Shown piece after piece: positions 25,083 through 38,634 of a DNA stretch of 64,000 nt. Every line of letters begins with the position of its first letter. Position 1 is the stretch's first letter. The notes beneath the pieces are model-generated. The model saw only the letters and a program-made list of their open reading frames with translations. It ran no database searches and had not been told where the DNA came from. Position numbers and translations under genes: made by a program. The stretch is from Massalongia carnosa (lineage: Eukaryota): the NCBI GenBank assembly GCA_965645245.1, contig OZ287068.1, positions 2,418,001-2,482,000 of the forward strand, in the 5' to 3' direction.

Positions 25083-26161
25083 GATTATTTGCGCTCAGTG
25101 ATCTGAAGAAAAAGGTTGTCAAAGGTCAGCGATTACCCAAAAGAAAGGCATCCAGGATCGCCGAGGTGAGAGGTCGCACGCAATCAGCGAAAGCTATGAC
25201 CAACCTTTGCTTGATATACACGTATGTGAAAATAGCTTGAGCAAGTGAAGCTGGGACTGAGAGGTGGAAGGTTGCGATGGCAAGAAATGAAGGTTTGCGT
25301 TACTTCCAAAATACACGGTACCTGATCGTGGGCGTCCGGATCAACTTTTCCACCTTGCGCCGCGGGGCAAAGAACGCTAATCCCGGATTGGCTCGTTTAA
25401 ACTTTCCTTCTCGGCCCATACCACCCGGATGGGGACCTGGCTCAAACACGTTTCCACGTGAAAGCGACTCGATGCTTTCCCCAGCGGAGCTACCTGACAA
25501 CGAAAACAACCATTATTTCGGGAAGGCGAGGGAGAATGCTAACCACCTGACGAACAAGCAATCGCCATGGGTTGAAGGAGCGGCCAAGAAGCTTTAGCTA
25601 TATCTTTTATCTGGTGGAGCAACTATAGGGGCCATGATACCTATAAAGAAGATGTTTGAATACACGACTCTCAGTCCTCCCTAAATAATGGCACTCAACC
25701 ATTCGAATACTTTTATTTAATTTCTACTCTTTGCATATTCAGTCACCCACTCCGCAATTTCTACTAACAGCTATTTATTCTGCTTTCCCAAGTGTTCATT
25801 CGTTCGTTCATATATATAGTCAGGCAATCACCCATCCCAAACCAACCACTCAGCGAGACAACTATACGTCTTCTCATGAAGTCAGTTCGGCACCAAGCAG
25901 GTAGCCTGTGGGCTTTGCCGCTTTAGCAATGTGCTCGTCGAATCCCCCCCCCCCATCGTGCCGTGGAGGGATGAGTAGAGGCAGGTGGGGAAGGAGAATG
26001 GAATAGCCAGAGGAATAGCTTAGGGGCTAGCTGGATGGGTAGATGGACGACTGATTGTGAGGAAGATGTAACAATTCCGAAGCTAGGTTTACTTGCAGCA
26101 ATCCCGAGGTTATAACTATCCGCTTCATTTCACTTCATGGCAATCTATCCTAATGGAAATT

Positions 26162-27920
26162 CTAACTAAAATCATACACGACTAGAGTTTGTGCTCCTTG
26201 CGTTTTTTCGTGAAGGACCACTACCTTTTCTTCATCAAACGCCACCCATCCCTTGGTGGTTGCAACGTCCTGCGCGCCTAGCCCCTGAGAGGCTCCAGAC
26301 CGTGTGCCGAACGCTACAAAACCGTTACGTTCATCTTCAGGGCTGTCCCTTTCGATCCCCATTTTCTCAGGCCGCACTTGAACGCTTGCTGCTCCGGCAG
26401 CTACACGCCGTCTTGACGAGTTGGAGGATACACCACCTTCAAGCTCCCACACACGGAGTTCATTCCCCTGGGTACTCACTGATACAGCTTTACCCCGGTC
26501 ACCAACATAAGCTCCAGACACAGAAGATGTATGGCCCCACAACCGACTCCCGGTTCCGATGGACAGTTGATGAGTATTGGATGTTACCATGTACAGTGTC
26601 AAAGTGTTGTCCGAATGCGCTGCTAGCAGATATGGGTGGGTGTAGGACAGTGTTGTTGGTTTTGCTAAGATAGCAAGACTGGAACCACTTCGAATGGGTG
26701 AAGGGGTCCTTGAATCCGGCGGAGATGGCTGCTGTTGTGGAGCTAGTGGAGCGAAACCCTCATTTGCCGCACAAGCCAAGCGAGACTCAAGAACGCTACC
26801 TCTTGAGGTTAGGCGGATTTCTTGCAACCCGACTGCCCATCCTGCTAGAAACGTCGGCATAGCATACGCAATAGATGCGAGAATGCTGGTCGAGGAGGTT
26901 CTAATCGTTAGGGATAATGGAGGCCACGCGGTATGCGATTTCAAAGACGATATTAAGCTCGGTGAGATGAGCTTCGCATGGCCGAGCTTGTCGTTTCCAG
27001 ATGAGTTAAAACGATAGAGTGAGAGTAGTTGCGCTTCGGTCATGGTCAGGAGATACGGTACGGCATATGCAATGGCAGAGATCTGGCCGTTGGAAGAAGG
27101 AGCATGGGTATAGAGGTGGGCAAACTTTTTTTCTTTCGCAAAGAGCTGATAGATACTGAATTTCCCATCTGCAAAACCGACAGCGACGTCCACCCGATTA
27201 GGAGTAGAGTTAGTAGAATCTATTGCTAAAGACGTTGGAAGGAAAGAAGTTCCATCAGAATTGTCGTCGGGAGCTAGCAGCACGGTGGCTAACAGTTGCT
27301 GCTCGTCTTTCATTTGCCACGCTCTCAAACCAGTAGTTGAATCAGTTGTTATCACAATGCCCTCGGTCAAGCGAACTAAAAGGGGAGGTACTGATGGCCT
27401 TTCAGCGATTTGGGTCTCCCTCATCCTACAACAACCTCGAGACCAGTTATGCCTCAACCTGTACTGTCTTTTCCAATTAGTCGCCCTTCCTCTCTTAACC
27501 AGGTTATCGTCTTCCAGCCACCTGGATCTTTTCGACGAGAAGTGTAGCGATTTGGCTGAAACCTCTCTGTCTCGAAGGCCTGGGATCCGCGAGGCACGAG
27601 GCCGAACGAATCGATCGTAAAAGGCTGATTTCCATAGCTGTGAGTCTGTAGCAAGCCCTTTAAATCGGCAAGAAAGTCTTTGCGATCAGCCAGAAAATCG
27701 TTGCAGAATGATACATAGATGCTCACCTTTCGCAAACTATCAGTTCTGATATAGTTAGGTAAGAAAGAGTTCTTAGAATGAGCTCGTCACTCAATGAAGA
27801 GAATATATCTGGCTTGTTGGTACGAAGACGCTTTACTCGGTGATCCTCGTCAATATCCTGGTCGAGATGTCTTTTTGGCATTTCTTTCACATTGAAATGA
27901 TGCATGAGCTCGAGCAACAT
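26162..27920 (-). CDS. F-box protein with WD40-like C-terminal region
   Basis: F-box FSSLSDELILRTLSYL, then DSQLWKSAFYDRFVRPR, NWKRQYRLRHNWSRG and RLWGHTSSVSG. One intron at ~27665-27727. The start may be ATG 27881. Confidence 0.85.
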
Positions 27921-28087
27921 AATCGGTTAGCCCTATCCACAGCCTTAGAGCGCCACACCGCCACATCTCCTGGTTAAGTTAGAGCCAAACACCCCTAGTT
28001 ACAGTAGAGACTTTGTCACGCTCGGCTACGATAAGATAACAGACAAACTTTTAGCACCGACGCGTCCACTAACTTGATGCTACGGAT

Positions 28088-30941
28088 ATGGAAGCATTCA
28101 AGCAGTACAGGGTCAAAGTTCTCAACGCTGTCAACAACCAGTGGAACGAGTTTGACTTAGCCTTGAAAGAGGAGCTTACCCTGCGTAAGTCGGCGAGTTC
28201 AAGTCTCGCATGTCATTACGATATGTTTCAATTAGCTAACTTAAGTTTTAGGTGACCAGAAGTTTGCCTCGGAAAAAGAATATCTCCAAGAAGAAATCGA
28301 TACGCTTAGGCAAAAACCATCTCGAATCACAGAACTAGAAGATGAGAACCGTATTTTGCGGTCTAAGCTGGAGGTCACTGTTGCGGATCAAAACCCAACG
28401 GAAAAGGAAGAACTAAAGTTTGAAGTCAGAAGCCTGACTGAAGCCTCTGATGGATCTACGGGATTGGGAGCTGACGGTCAGCTACATTTGCTACGCGCTG
28501 ATTATGGGAAGTTGGTGGCAGCACATAAGACATTAATGGAAAAGTATAGTCAAAGCCTTGCAACCAATAAGAAATGGCAGGTGTTCTACAAAGGACAAAA
28601 AAAGAAACGCAACGAAATGAAAACTCTTCCAAGCCTAGGAGATATATCTAGAGAGAACGTTGATCTAACCAGGAGACATGAACCTACTTCCAGCGCCCTT
28701 GCGCCGCCTTCCTCGAGATCCCTAAGTTATGGCTCAACGTCTACTTCGCCTAGTAACGCCGGAGTTACGCATAGGCGCTCCAACTGGCCCCAGGCAGAAT
28801 CCAGTTTAAGCGGTCGCCATCAGAATAATGGCTCTAGTATAAAGGATATTCACCATGGGGAAGACACGTCTGACATTCAAAACCCATGTTCTGTTAATTC
28901 TGCAGAGACCTGCGCTGTATCGCAAAATGTTCCAGTTCTAGACCCTTCTCCAACTAATCCAAATCAAGACTCAGTCAATCAGGAGGTAAAACCTAAAATC
29001 GAGTCAACGGATGACGATTCTAATCTTCCAATTATTGTATCTGAAAGGCCTGTGAAAAGAAGAAGAAATCTAGCACCAAGAGAGACCAATATGGAATTGC
29101 ATAAGGGTGCCAAAGCTCCTGCTGGTCAGATTGAAACACCTATTCATATCAAAAGTGATCCAGGTTCTAGCAGTCCTGCAGCTTCCATCGCTCACCTAGG
29201 ACTTATGAATCCGCAAGACAGCATGGATTTAGATGAAGTTGGTGAGAGACACTTCACACCACGGAAACGCCGGCGCTTACTAGACGAAATGCGCCTAAGA
29301 TACTCAGGACTTAGAGAGCCATTAGTCTCAGGAAATAATGAGCCTTTTCTAGACCATAGATTCAATCATCGGAGCCCTGAAAGCCTGAACGATCTTGTTT
29401 CTGGCCCCGAAGACAGGAACTTAATAGATGCGCTTCCTCTTTCTGATGAGACGGTATTCACTAAGAATGCTGAAAGGTACGAGGGCAGGATTGAGGAAGA
29501 GCAAAAATGTGATCTTGCAAGGGAGGCGGGAGTGGCGGAGAATGCACAGGTTTCCGAACGGGTACAAAGCAGGAGTGCCAAAGCTGGGAGGCAAAAATTG
29601 TCGAATCATAAACAACGGCCAGATTTTACCACTCCGCTTAAAGTAGCGTCAAAGGACAGCATCACAAAGCCCACCTCACTTAGAGGAAGCACTACATACT
29701 CTACCACAAATGCCGTAGGCGAAATCCATGGCGGACAGATTAGATCATTAGTTTCCTTCACTAACGAACTCTGTGGAAAGAAAGCCACTTTACGAAGGTC
29801 CGGTAAACTAAACGTTGTAGAGCAGGTAGCACCTGAAATTCTACGATCTACAGATCCGAACATTCAATTCTTACCAAGAACAAGCAAGCCTTCGCCAGAT
29901 CGCAGGCGGTTCTTAACTTCAAGCCGGGAGCGGGAGCGGGCATCTGCTATCTTTGCAGATGATGGAGAGGAGTATATTCCGGAGGATGATGGAGAAGGGC
30001 ATCCTGCCTTGGAGATAGGAACAACAGACGAGGAGAACCAGTCCAAAGACTGTTTATATAACACATCGAATGCTGCAGATATGGAGCAACGGCTTGCTAC
30101 TCTATTGGCTCAGCCGTCTCCTCAAAACCCGCGGCTACATTTGAGCTGTTCTAATAAAAATTCCAACGAACCTAAGACAGTCCTCTCTACACCACTCGGC
30201 CTTGCTTCACGACAGATTAACATCAAAGATCCGGTGACTCCGAACAATTTGCATCATCAAAACTCGGCATTCGGCAGCATGAAAGAGGGCAAACTCACGC
30301 GACCAAGCACTAGGTCTCGAGCTGAAGTTCGGCCCACCAGCGTAAAGCTTTCTCTCCTTAATGATCCGGAAGACATGCTGCCCAAGCACGAGCCCCTTCG
30401 AATCCGCCCCCCGAGTACCCTGAGCCCCGCTGATTTCAAGCTCAATCCGGCCCACAACCACGGCTACGACCACCCATACAGCGAGGTGGTCCGCAACCGC
30501 GACCAACGCAAATGCATGCCCGGCTGCACGCGTGTAGGCTGCTGCGGCACCGCCCTCCGCAAGGCCGTCGAGATGGGCGGCTCCGCCGCCCCGTCAACAC
30601 TCGGGCTCTCCCCCGAAGGTGTCTTGGAACAGGAGCAGCACCTGCTGGAAGAGTATCTGGGGGATGACGCACCGCGGCGGCTCAAGGGCATCTCGGACAC
30701 GGAACGGCGGCAACTGCTGCTGAAAGCGCAGACGGAGCGGTTCGCGGACCGCTTCGGGAAGCACCGGTACGTGTACGGGCGTGCTCACACGCCGCCCGGG
30801 TACTGGGAGACGGACATGCCGGACACGCAGCAGCAGGAGCGGTTCCGGGCCAAGGCGAAGGCGATGGAAAAGGACAAGGTGAGGGAGATGTATAGGGAGG
30901 CTATGAGGCCGGATGGCCGGTATAGGTTTCGCGACGAGTAG
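28088..30941 (+). CDS. SAE2: SAE2/CtIP/Ctp1-like DNA end-resection protein
   Basis: N-terminal coiled coil and a C-terminal conserved block EVVRNRDQRKCMPGCTRVGCC...FGKHR...TPPGYWETDMPDTQ. Intron at ~28186-28251. Confidence 0.85.
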
Positions 30942-31938
30942 AGGGTTTGCGCTATGGATGAGAATGAGAGCTATTGACAATGCTGGGGGGGGGGGGAGGG
31001 GGGGGTTAGGAGCTGCGTGATTGGACCTGATGTGACTTTTCGGCCCGTAGTAGCTACGTAGCCATACATATCATTGGACTTCTTCCCCAACTCCTTCGTT
31101 GTATAGAACCTGCATTTTCCTGCGTGAAATAGATAAGTATGTTGCTCTTCTTAGGCAGAAAATAAAAATAAAAGAACGAAACATTTCCCCCCCCCGATCT
31201 TCCTCACTCAAACACTTTATCACAAAAGGACATGCTATCTAACTTATCTTCCGTCTCGATCGGTACTTACTTGGTTGATCGGTTGCCTGATACGCAGTAT
31301 GTATATAATTATAAGCAGAAAATTACAGGGTTTGGGTTTTCGAGGAGTTGGTGATGTCAAATGTTAGAGAGGTTGGGCGAAATGCGCGAAGGATTCGGAG
31401 AAGTTTCGGAGAAGTCAAGAGGGGGAGGGGGAATCGAAAGTCAGGGGTACTTGAGCCCAGGATGATTCAGTTCGTTCATGACTGTCTTATCCTATCCTAT
31501 CCTACACGTATCCGATTCGGAAGGGGGAAGGCAGTTCCGCTTTGTTCTACCCTATAAACCTCTTCCCTCAAAAGACCCAAACAAAAAAATCTTGATAATC
31601 GTCCGCGCACACGAAAATAGGGAAGGAGGATTTCATCGCAACATTCATTACAATATTTACATCTCTAGGTAACAAAAGAAGCACATGGCATGAACTTGCT
31701 CACTTTTCTTGCCAAACGTGACTTCCAACATCGTTCATGAAGACAGAAAATATCCGGCTACCCGAAAAATGCCCGTCCTGCTACATTTCGACGTTAGCTG
31801 CTTATAAGTCCCGGGTTTTCCATAGCGCTGCTCCAAAGCTCCAAAGAATTTCTTTTGGCGACTATATTTCTGCCGTCGTGGTTCTGGTATCGTGAGAACA
31901 GGGCGTTTAAAGATCCTATCAACAAAGTATATCTTTCC

Positions 31939-34807
31939 TTAAGACGTCACCCTTTGGTAAAAGAGCAGATAGGCAACCTTGTTGTCTTTAACAGAGGAAC
32001 GGCCGATCGGAGTCATCTTTCCAGAGGAGTTTATCGGCGTAGGAGTTCCATCAGCTACTCCTGACAATTTCTTTTTCGTCGCTCCTGAAGCTGAGGCCGC
32101 GCTGGTAACCTGGTTCCATCCCTTTTCGGACCGAGATTGATCCTCACCTTCCGAACCAAGTTGATCATAGACATTGCCGCTCAGGGCATGGCCTGATTTT
32201 TGTTGCTCAAGCGCTGTAGCAAGAACCTTTGGGTCTTCTTCGCAGCCTCCTTCAGCAACATCTTCACTACGAACGCGGCGGATAACAGTATCGTCTAGCC
32301 GAATCCACTCGCGCCCATCTTGCCTTCGGACATCAACCGTATAATGCCCTCCGCTGGCGTTTTTACCATGGTGGTAAACCACGCCAATAAGACGATATTT
32401 AGGGATCCCTCCGTGAGCCAACAAACCCCCCCTTCTATGTTGGGCGAAAATTTCTTTAGGAAGATCCAATTCCAATGGATAGCCAATTTTCTTCCAGATT
32501 TTTTGGGTGCCTCCAGCGTTATCGTACTGAAAGCGTTTTAAGTGAAGAATCAAGACTTGTGGGAGGCTTTCGATTGTCACTTGTTTGGTCGCGATATACC
32601 CAGGCCCTCGAGGCGAGTTGAAATCCCCATGTAGAGTCTCGGGACGAGTTAATCCATTCAACGCGTCAATAATATTATGAACGTTGGGAGAGCCGATGTC
32701 GAGCTGTAGTGGTTGGTAGGGTTCGAAAGTCACCGAGTTTTTCATTCCTGGAACTCGTAACTCTGATCGAAGTTTTCCGCCAAATATTTTTGTGATTGGA
32801 GATTCCATTGCGATGGCGCCGGATGAACGCGTGATGGAAGGTTTTTGCTTAGGCCCAACTTCAAGCCAGCCGCTCTCACCCGTTGTGGTGGACTGGGTAG
32901 ATTCACTGATTGGAGACATGATTCCGTTGGTTGGAGTTGACGTGCCAGAAGAATTTGGTATAGACAGTTTCATCGCCTTGCTACATTCATCATGCATCTC
33001 CTCTAAAAGAAATCCTAAAAATTCCTCCGCATCTTGCTGATGCCCGCGCTGTAGGATTTTTTAGGAATGTCATATTTAGTGCGGAGTTAGGACCTACCCT
33101 CATGGAGGCAAACCGTGGTAATCGTCGAATAACTTCGTATACAAATTCAGGAATGAAAGCGTCTCCATACTGTTCAAGCTCATTGTCCTTCAGACGCATT
33201 CTTAGCTGTTCAACAGAGATCGCCGAGTCAATGATAGAAAATTCCCGAATAAAGAGAATCCTATTCAGAAATCAAGATTAGATATAACCTATTTGAATCT
33301 ATCCGACTTGACTCACATGGCATCTACAAGGGGCGTTTCAGTTTTGAAAGAGTGAACAGCTTGTCGGCCAATTCTTTCAAGAAAATCATAGAAGGGGTTA
33401 CAAAAGACAAGTATCTGTAGAACCTGTGCCGAGTTAACATACTTATCACATATGCTGAAAATGATGGATACATACCGAATTCATGTAACACATATTACCG
33501 GTATTGACGAGCCCTCTCGGCTCCACAAAAGAAACCTTTGCATCATCGTTAGCCTCCTCGACTTTATATGAGCTCAATGCTTCCGCCAAAGACGTGATCT
33601 TCGAGGTGGCCAGTCCATTAGATTTCCCTGCGCCATTGACCAGCTTTTTATCGCTGCTCTTGTTGCTGGGAATGGGCTGCGCTTTTGTTCGTACGAGATC
33701 AGCCCATGATTTGGGAGGTTTGGTGGATTGCAAAGGTTCGGCAACGGGGGATCCAAGGACGCTAGACACATCTATGTCACTATTTCGGGCTTCACTTTTG
33801 ATAGTAATATCAAGCTGTTTTTCATTGGAGGGTTCCCGGGGTTTAAAGGCCTCAGGGGCAGCGCCAGCTAAAGGCCTTTTTGATGCCCGTGGCGCCAAAG
33901 GGAAGTTGGGAATGATAGGTATGATGGGTAGTGGGTATGAGTTTAGACGACTCGAGCGCTTGATAGTTGAGCTGGTGTGTGGTTGAGATATCACTTGCCC
34001 CACAACAGACGAAGGCGTTGTAGGTTGCGTAGAATCATCTTCCGACGGAGCATGCGAGGTCGTAGGAGTTTCAAGGCTTGATGTTATAGGTTCTGGACCT
34101 TCAGGTGATTGTGTCTCTTGCGGTTGCTGCGATTCCTCCACGGCTCCGTCAAGATCGGGCAGATCATCACGAGCAGGTAATTCCACAGGCACATTAGAAG
34201 ACTGTGGAGCTGGTTTTCTCCGGCGCCGTCTTGGACCTCTTAATGGAAACGAACCGATGGTGAAGGAGTACCAGGGAAGCTTCGTTTCAGTTAGCTTTGA
34301 TACCATAATGATTTTTTTCAGAAAGATAATGCTTACTGGGGGGTAGTATGGCATGCGTTGACTAGGTGGAGGTGGTGGCATTAGAGGAGCAAGATGGAAA
34401 CCCGACCCATTCGTCGGCCCCAGTGGCAGGGCGTGTAAGGATGCGCTAGACGAAGACGGGGAAAGCATGTCTTGGTGAGAATGGACAGATGACGATGAGG
34501 CATGTTGTGTTGGCAGTGGTCGAGGCGGGAATGATGCAGGACTGTGATGCATTTGATATGGCACGTTCATCATAGGGGCATAGTGCGGATAGGGTCTAGG
34601 TACTTGGACTGGCATCTGCTGATACTGATACCATTGTGGGGGGTGTTGTTGCTGATACTGCTGGGGATGTTGGTAGGAATTCTGATAGCCGTGATATGGC
34701 GGGGCATAGTGAGAGGATCGCGCAAGAGGTGGATATGGAATATCAGATTGATGTCTTCCATTGTGAAGCGGAATAGCTGGCTGCATTGGGAGATGGGCGT
34801 TCATCAC
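31939..34807 (-). CDS. UBP3: Ubiquitin C-terminal hydrolase Ubp3/USP10 family, multi-exon
   Basis: Low-complexity N-terminus with LPWYS and PKSWADL. Cys box PRGLVNTGNMCYMNS, HQQDAEEFLGFLL, LHLKRFQYD and His box VVYHHGKNASGGHYTVDV. Confidence 0.92.
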
Positions 34808-35498
34808 ACCGAAGGAAGCCTCAATGGCTTCCTTTTACCGAAGGAGCAGCTGCCGCTGCCAGGGTGTTGAGCTTGAAGTCAAACTTCGAATAGGGACTGA
34901 GTATTTTCCAGATAACATCGGAAGACCAAACGCGACTGGGTTGGAAAGGGAGCCACGGCAGGATTGACGAAGGAGAAACAGATGTGGCCGACGTTCCCTG
35001 AGCTAGATTGTAAACCCCCAAGTCTCCACTAACTTTAGAAATCAGATCACTGCTTCAAAGCCTAAGAGAAGATCTAAGATGCCAAAACATATGCTCATAA
35101 AGCACAAGAGTAATACTCAGACAGCGAACCGACTACTGTAAGTATATGCAAGTTATGTGGGTGTAGAGAGGAAGGTGGTTGAGTTCTTAAACCTGTGGAA
35201 GGTAATTGGTTGAACAACAACGAACGTTTTCTTAACTAATACTCGGAGCGGAAACACGAAAGGTACAGGTTATGTAAGACGTGATTACGTAACCGAATCA
35301 AAAGGGAATCGGAAGACTCGATGACACTCTCCGCCCCTCCTCTGCAACTTAGAAACCAACCCCCGTCCTTTCCATCAAAGAGTCTTAACTCTCAACTTTC
35401 AAAGCAGAACAGACTCTCTAAAGCATCACTCGACTACCTAATCTCGTGATTTCATACTTACCGATCTAAATTTATGTCTATCGTCTTATCTCGCCGTC

Positions 35499-37890
35499 AT
35501 GTCTAATTCAGCACTTTCTTTGATTACTTCTAAGAACACTAACATTACTTCTCAAACTCCCCCGCCCTCCCAGGCACAATCTGGCTCATCTCTTGGGGCT
35601 GAAAATTACCAGCAACGAAGAAGTGGGGGCTCTGGCAGTTTTGGTGCGGGCGCCGCGTCTCGGGCTACACCCTTTGCTGCGAGAAACAATCAATCCTTTC
35701 GGAAGCAGCACAAAACCCAAAGACGATCTAGACTTACAGATGAGGATGCGGCAGCTGAATCTGTAAGCCAGGTTTTTAACAAGGGAGGTGTGAATCTGAT
35801 GCTAATAACGTTAATAGGCGGCAATGCAGTCTACCAGCAGCCGAAAAGGGCAAACATCGATCACTCATCTCATGACCTTTGCCTTGCCCCCTCGTCCACA
35901 ACATCACCAACATTCTCACTATGGTCGTAATACTCGGAGGAATCCAACGTGGGGCATTGGCTCCGGCTATCATGCAGTCGATAAGGCAAAGTATGCTTGA
36001 TCTTCACGTTCGGCTTGAGTGTAAGGCTTATAAGCATCAAGATATATTCACGCCAATTACCGCTTTGTTGTTAATCCCAAAGGTGATTATCATGCACAAG
36101 CGATGGATGCGGATGTGCATTTAGATTGGAACTCCGTTATGCAGATCCTGGTATCAGCACAGTCGCAGTCGGCAAACTGCCCAATTTGTTTGTCCACCCC
36201 TGTCGCTCCACGTATGGCCAAGTGCGGGCATATCTTTTGCCTGCCATGTCTTATCCGCTACATGCATTCCACCGACGACACAAGCCCTGTACCTGAAAAG
36301 AAGGCTAGATGGAAAAAGTGCCCAATTTGCTGGGATAGCCTCTATATCTCTGAAACCCGTGCAGTTCGTTGGTTTGCCGGACAAGAAGGTGTGGCTCCTA
36401 GAGAGGGATGTGACGTTGTTCTTCGATTGATCAGCCGAGAGCCAGGGAGTACTCTTGCGTTACCTCGGGATGGAGCCGAGACATTGGACAGGGCTGATGA
36501 CATTCCGTGGTACTTCGCTGCTGAAGTTATGGACTATGGGCGGGTTATGAAAGGAAGCGAGGATTATATGGTAGCACAGTACGAACGCGAAATCAAAGAG
36601 CTGCAGCAACAGGAACGAGAGGATGAGCTCATGTTTGGGGAAGAAACCCTGTGGACGAAGAAAGCGGTCTCGACTATCATGCATGCAATAGAAAAGCTGA
36701 AGGGAATCGGTAATCCACCCAGCGCGCCGCAGCAGCCCATCGAAAAGAAGCCAAAGCGCACTCCTATCAAGTTTCATGAGTCTTCTGATAGTGTTCCGGA
36801 CTATTTTCACGTTCAGCATGCTGCAAAGTCTGGTCAATCATTCTCTGGGAGCTCTCCTACCCCATTGAATCAAAACAAGGGAATGGTCTCAAGTGAGGCT
36901 GACAATGGATCAACTCCTCATACATCCGCTTTGTCTGCTCGGATCAATGACACTCATGGAACCAATTACCGCTCACTACCCCAAGCACAGGCCGTTCATC
37001 ACATTACCCCCCCTCAAAGAGCAAGCTACAATGCCGTGACTTCCCCCCCGCAAAAGGAGTTATCGTTTTACTTTTACGAAGCTTTACTTCATTACTATCT
37101 ATCCCCGCTAGACATTCGTATTCTTAAGACAGCCTTTGGAGACTTTAGTTCGTTTCCCTCAACAATTCTTCCCCGTGTCGAGCGAGTCTCCACGGGTCAC
37201 ATTGTTGACGATGAATTGCGGAGGCGAGCGAAATATTTAGCCCACTTACCTCATGGCTGCGAGGTGGGGTTTCTTGAGTGTGATTGGACTGATGTCGTGG
37301 TGCCCGAGGTCTTAAGTGCCTTCTCACCAGAGATAGAACGACGGCGTAAAAGGAATCGAGAAAAGGAATTGCGCGAAGAGAAAGAACGCGTTAGGGCCGA
37401 GAAAGAAGAGGATGATAAACGATGGGCGGCGGCGAGAAGGAAACCGCCCAGCACTACCCACGATACCCTGGCCAAGGCTCTTCCGCCCTTGGAGGAGCGG
37501 CTTGAAAGTTCCTCGATGGCAAACACAGTGGCAAGTTCCTCACCGCCGTGGGCCTCCTCGCGCAGACACAGCGGTTCTGCCTTTGCCTCCCTAGCTTCCC
37601 CTTCCACAAGCCCTGTTGTTTCCAGAACGGTGTGGGGCACCACCGCCGTTGTACGGACAACCTCCCCCCCGCTTCCCGTGACGTCCATAGCGCTTGAACC
37701 ATCCGATAATGATGGATGGCTCCAGGACTGGGAACAAGACTTAATGCAGGAAGAGGATCTAGTGACATGCCTCGAAGGCAGTTTCATTGATCACGAAAGT
37801 GCTCCGGCAGGGACTGCATGTTTGATTGGTAAGAAGAGAAAGAATAAGAAAATCACGCTCATGACGACGAATGCACGGCGAGGAGCCTGA
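35499..37890 (+). CDS. MAG2: RING E3 ligase Mag2/RNF10 family, 3 exons
   Basis: TSITHLMTFALPPR, YIHANYRFVV, C3HC4 RING CPICL...CGHIFCLPC...CPIC, YLSPLDIRIL, RRRAKYLAHLP and terminal KKITLMTT. Confidence 0.9.
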
Positions 37891-38634
37891 GATGAGATGG
37901 GTTCAGGTAGGTCGAGGGAAATTCCAGCAAGCACGTCTAGCGCCATGTACGTGTCTTGCTCAATTGGCATTGTAGCATATTTGGTCTAGGATCAGAACCA
38001 GCTTTAGATATCCAAGAGCCATGTGCTTGATATTGCCAAGAAGGCGAAGCCAATGTTTATGTCTTAGCTTTAGATCTCAGTATGCCGTGTCCTCTACTCC
38101 ATCATCTCTATAAAGGACATCAATTACCTTGCAGATATAATTAATGCTACGTTCAAGGATAAGGTTCGAGGACGAAGAACTCCGTGGGTAGGTACGTGCT
38201 GCCTATACGGATAGTTTTGCCTCGCCTGTTCATAACTCCAGTGTGGTTCGTGGTTGGTTGGATGAATCGCGTTGACATTCTTTGTTTTGTGCTACCTGCA
38301 TGTGTTCTGCTGACTGCGCATTTTGGGTATCTTTTTTGCTGTCGAGTCACCAGGTGCCCAAGCAGGAGCGTTGCGAAGTGAAACACAACTCCTCGGAAAC
38401 ACAATCGGAGGCAGTCCGCCTACTAATGTAGGATTGCTTAATAATAAACTCAGTAGTAACGTTTCGTGTTAACCTTCTTGATTTGGAAGTGCTTAGAACT
38501 CTCAAGTTTAGTATAAAGAAGATGATTATAGTCTTTTCTTTTCTATATTGCTGCGTTATAAGCTTTCTACTAAATCCGTTTTAAACCTCTACTATATTGA
38601 TCTTTTCAACGGTCCTATCTACGTCACTTTCATC

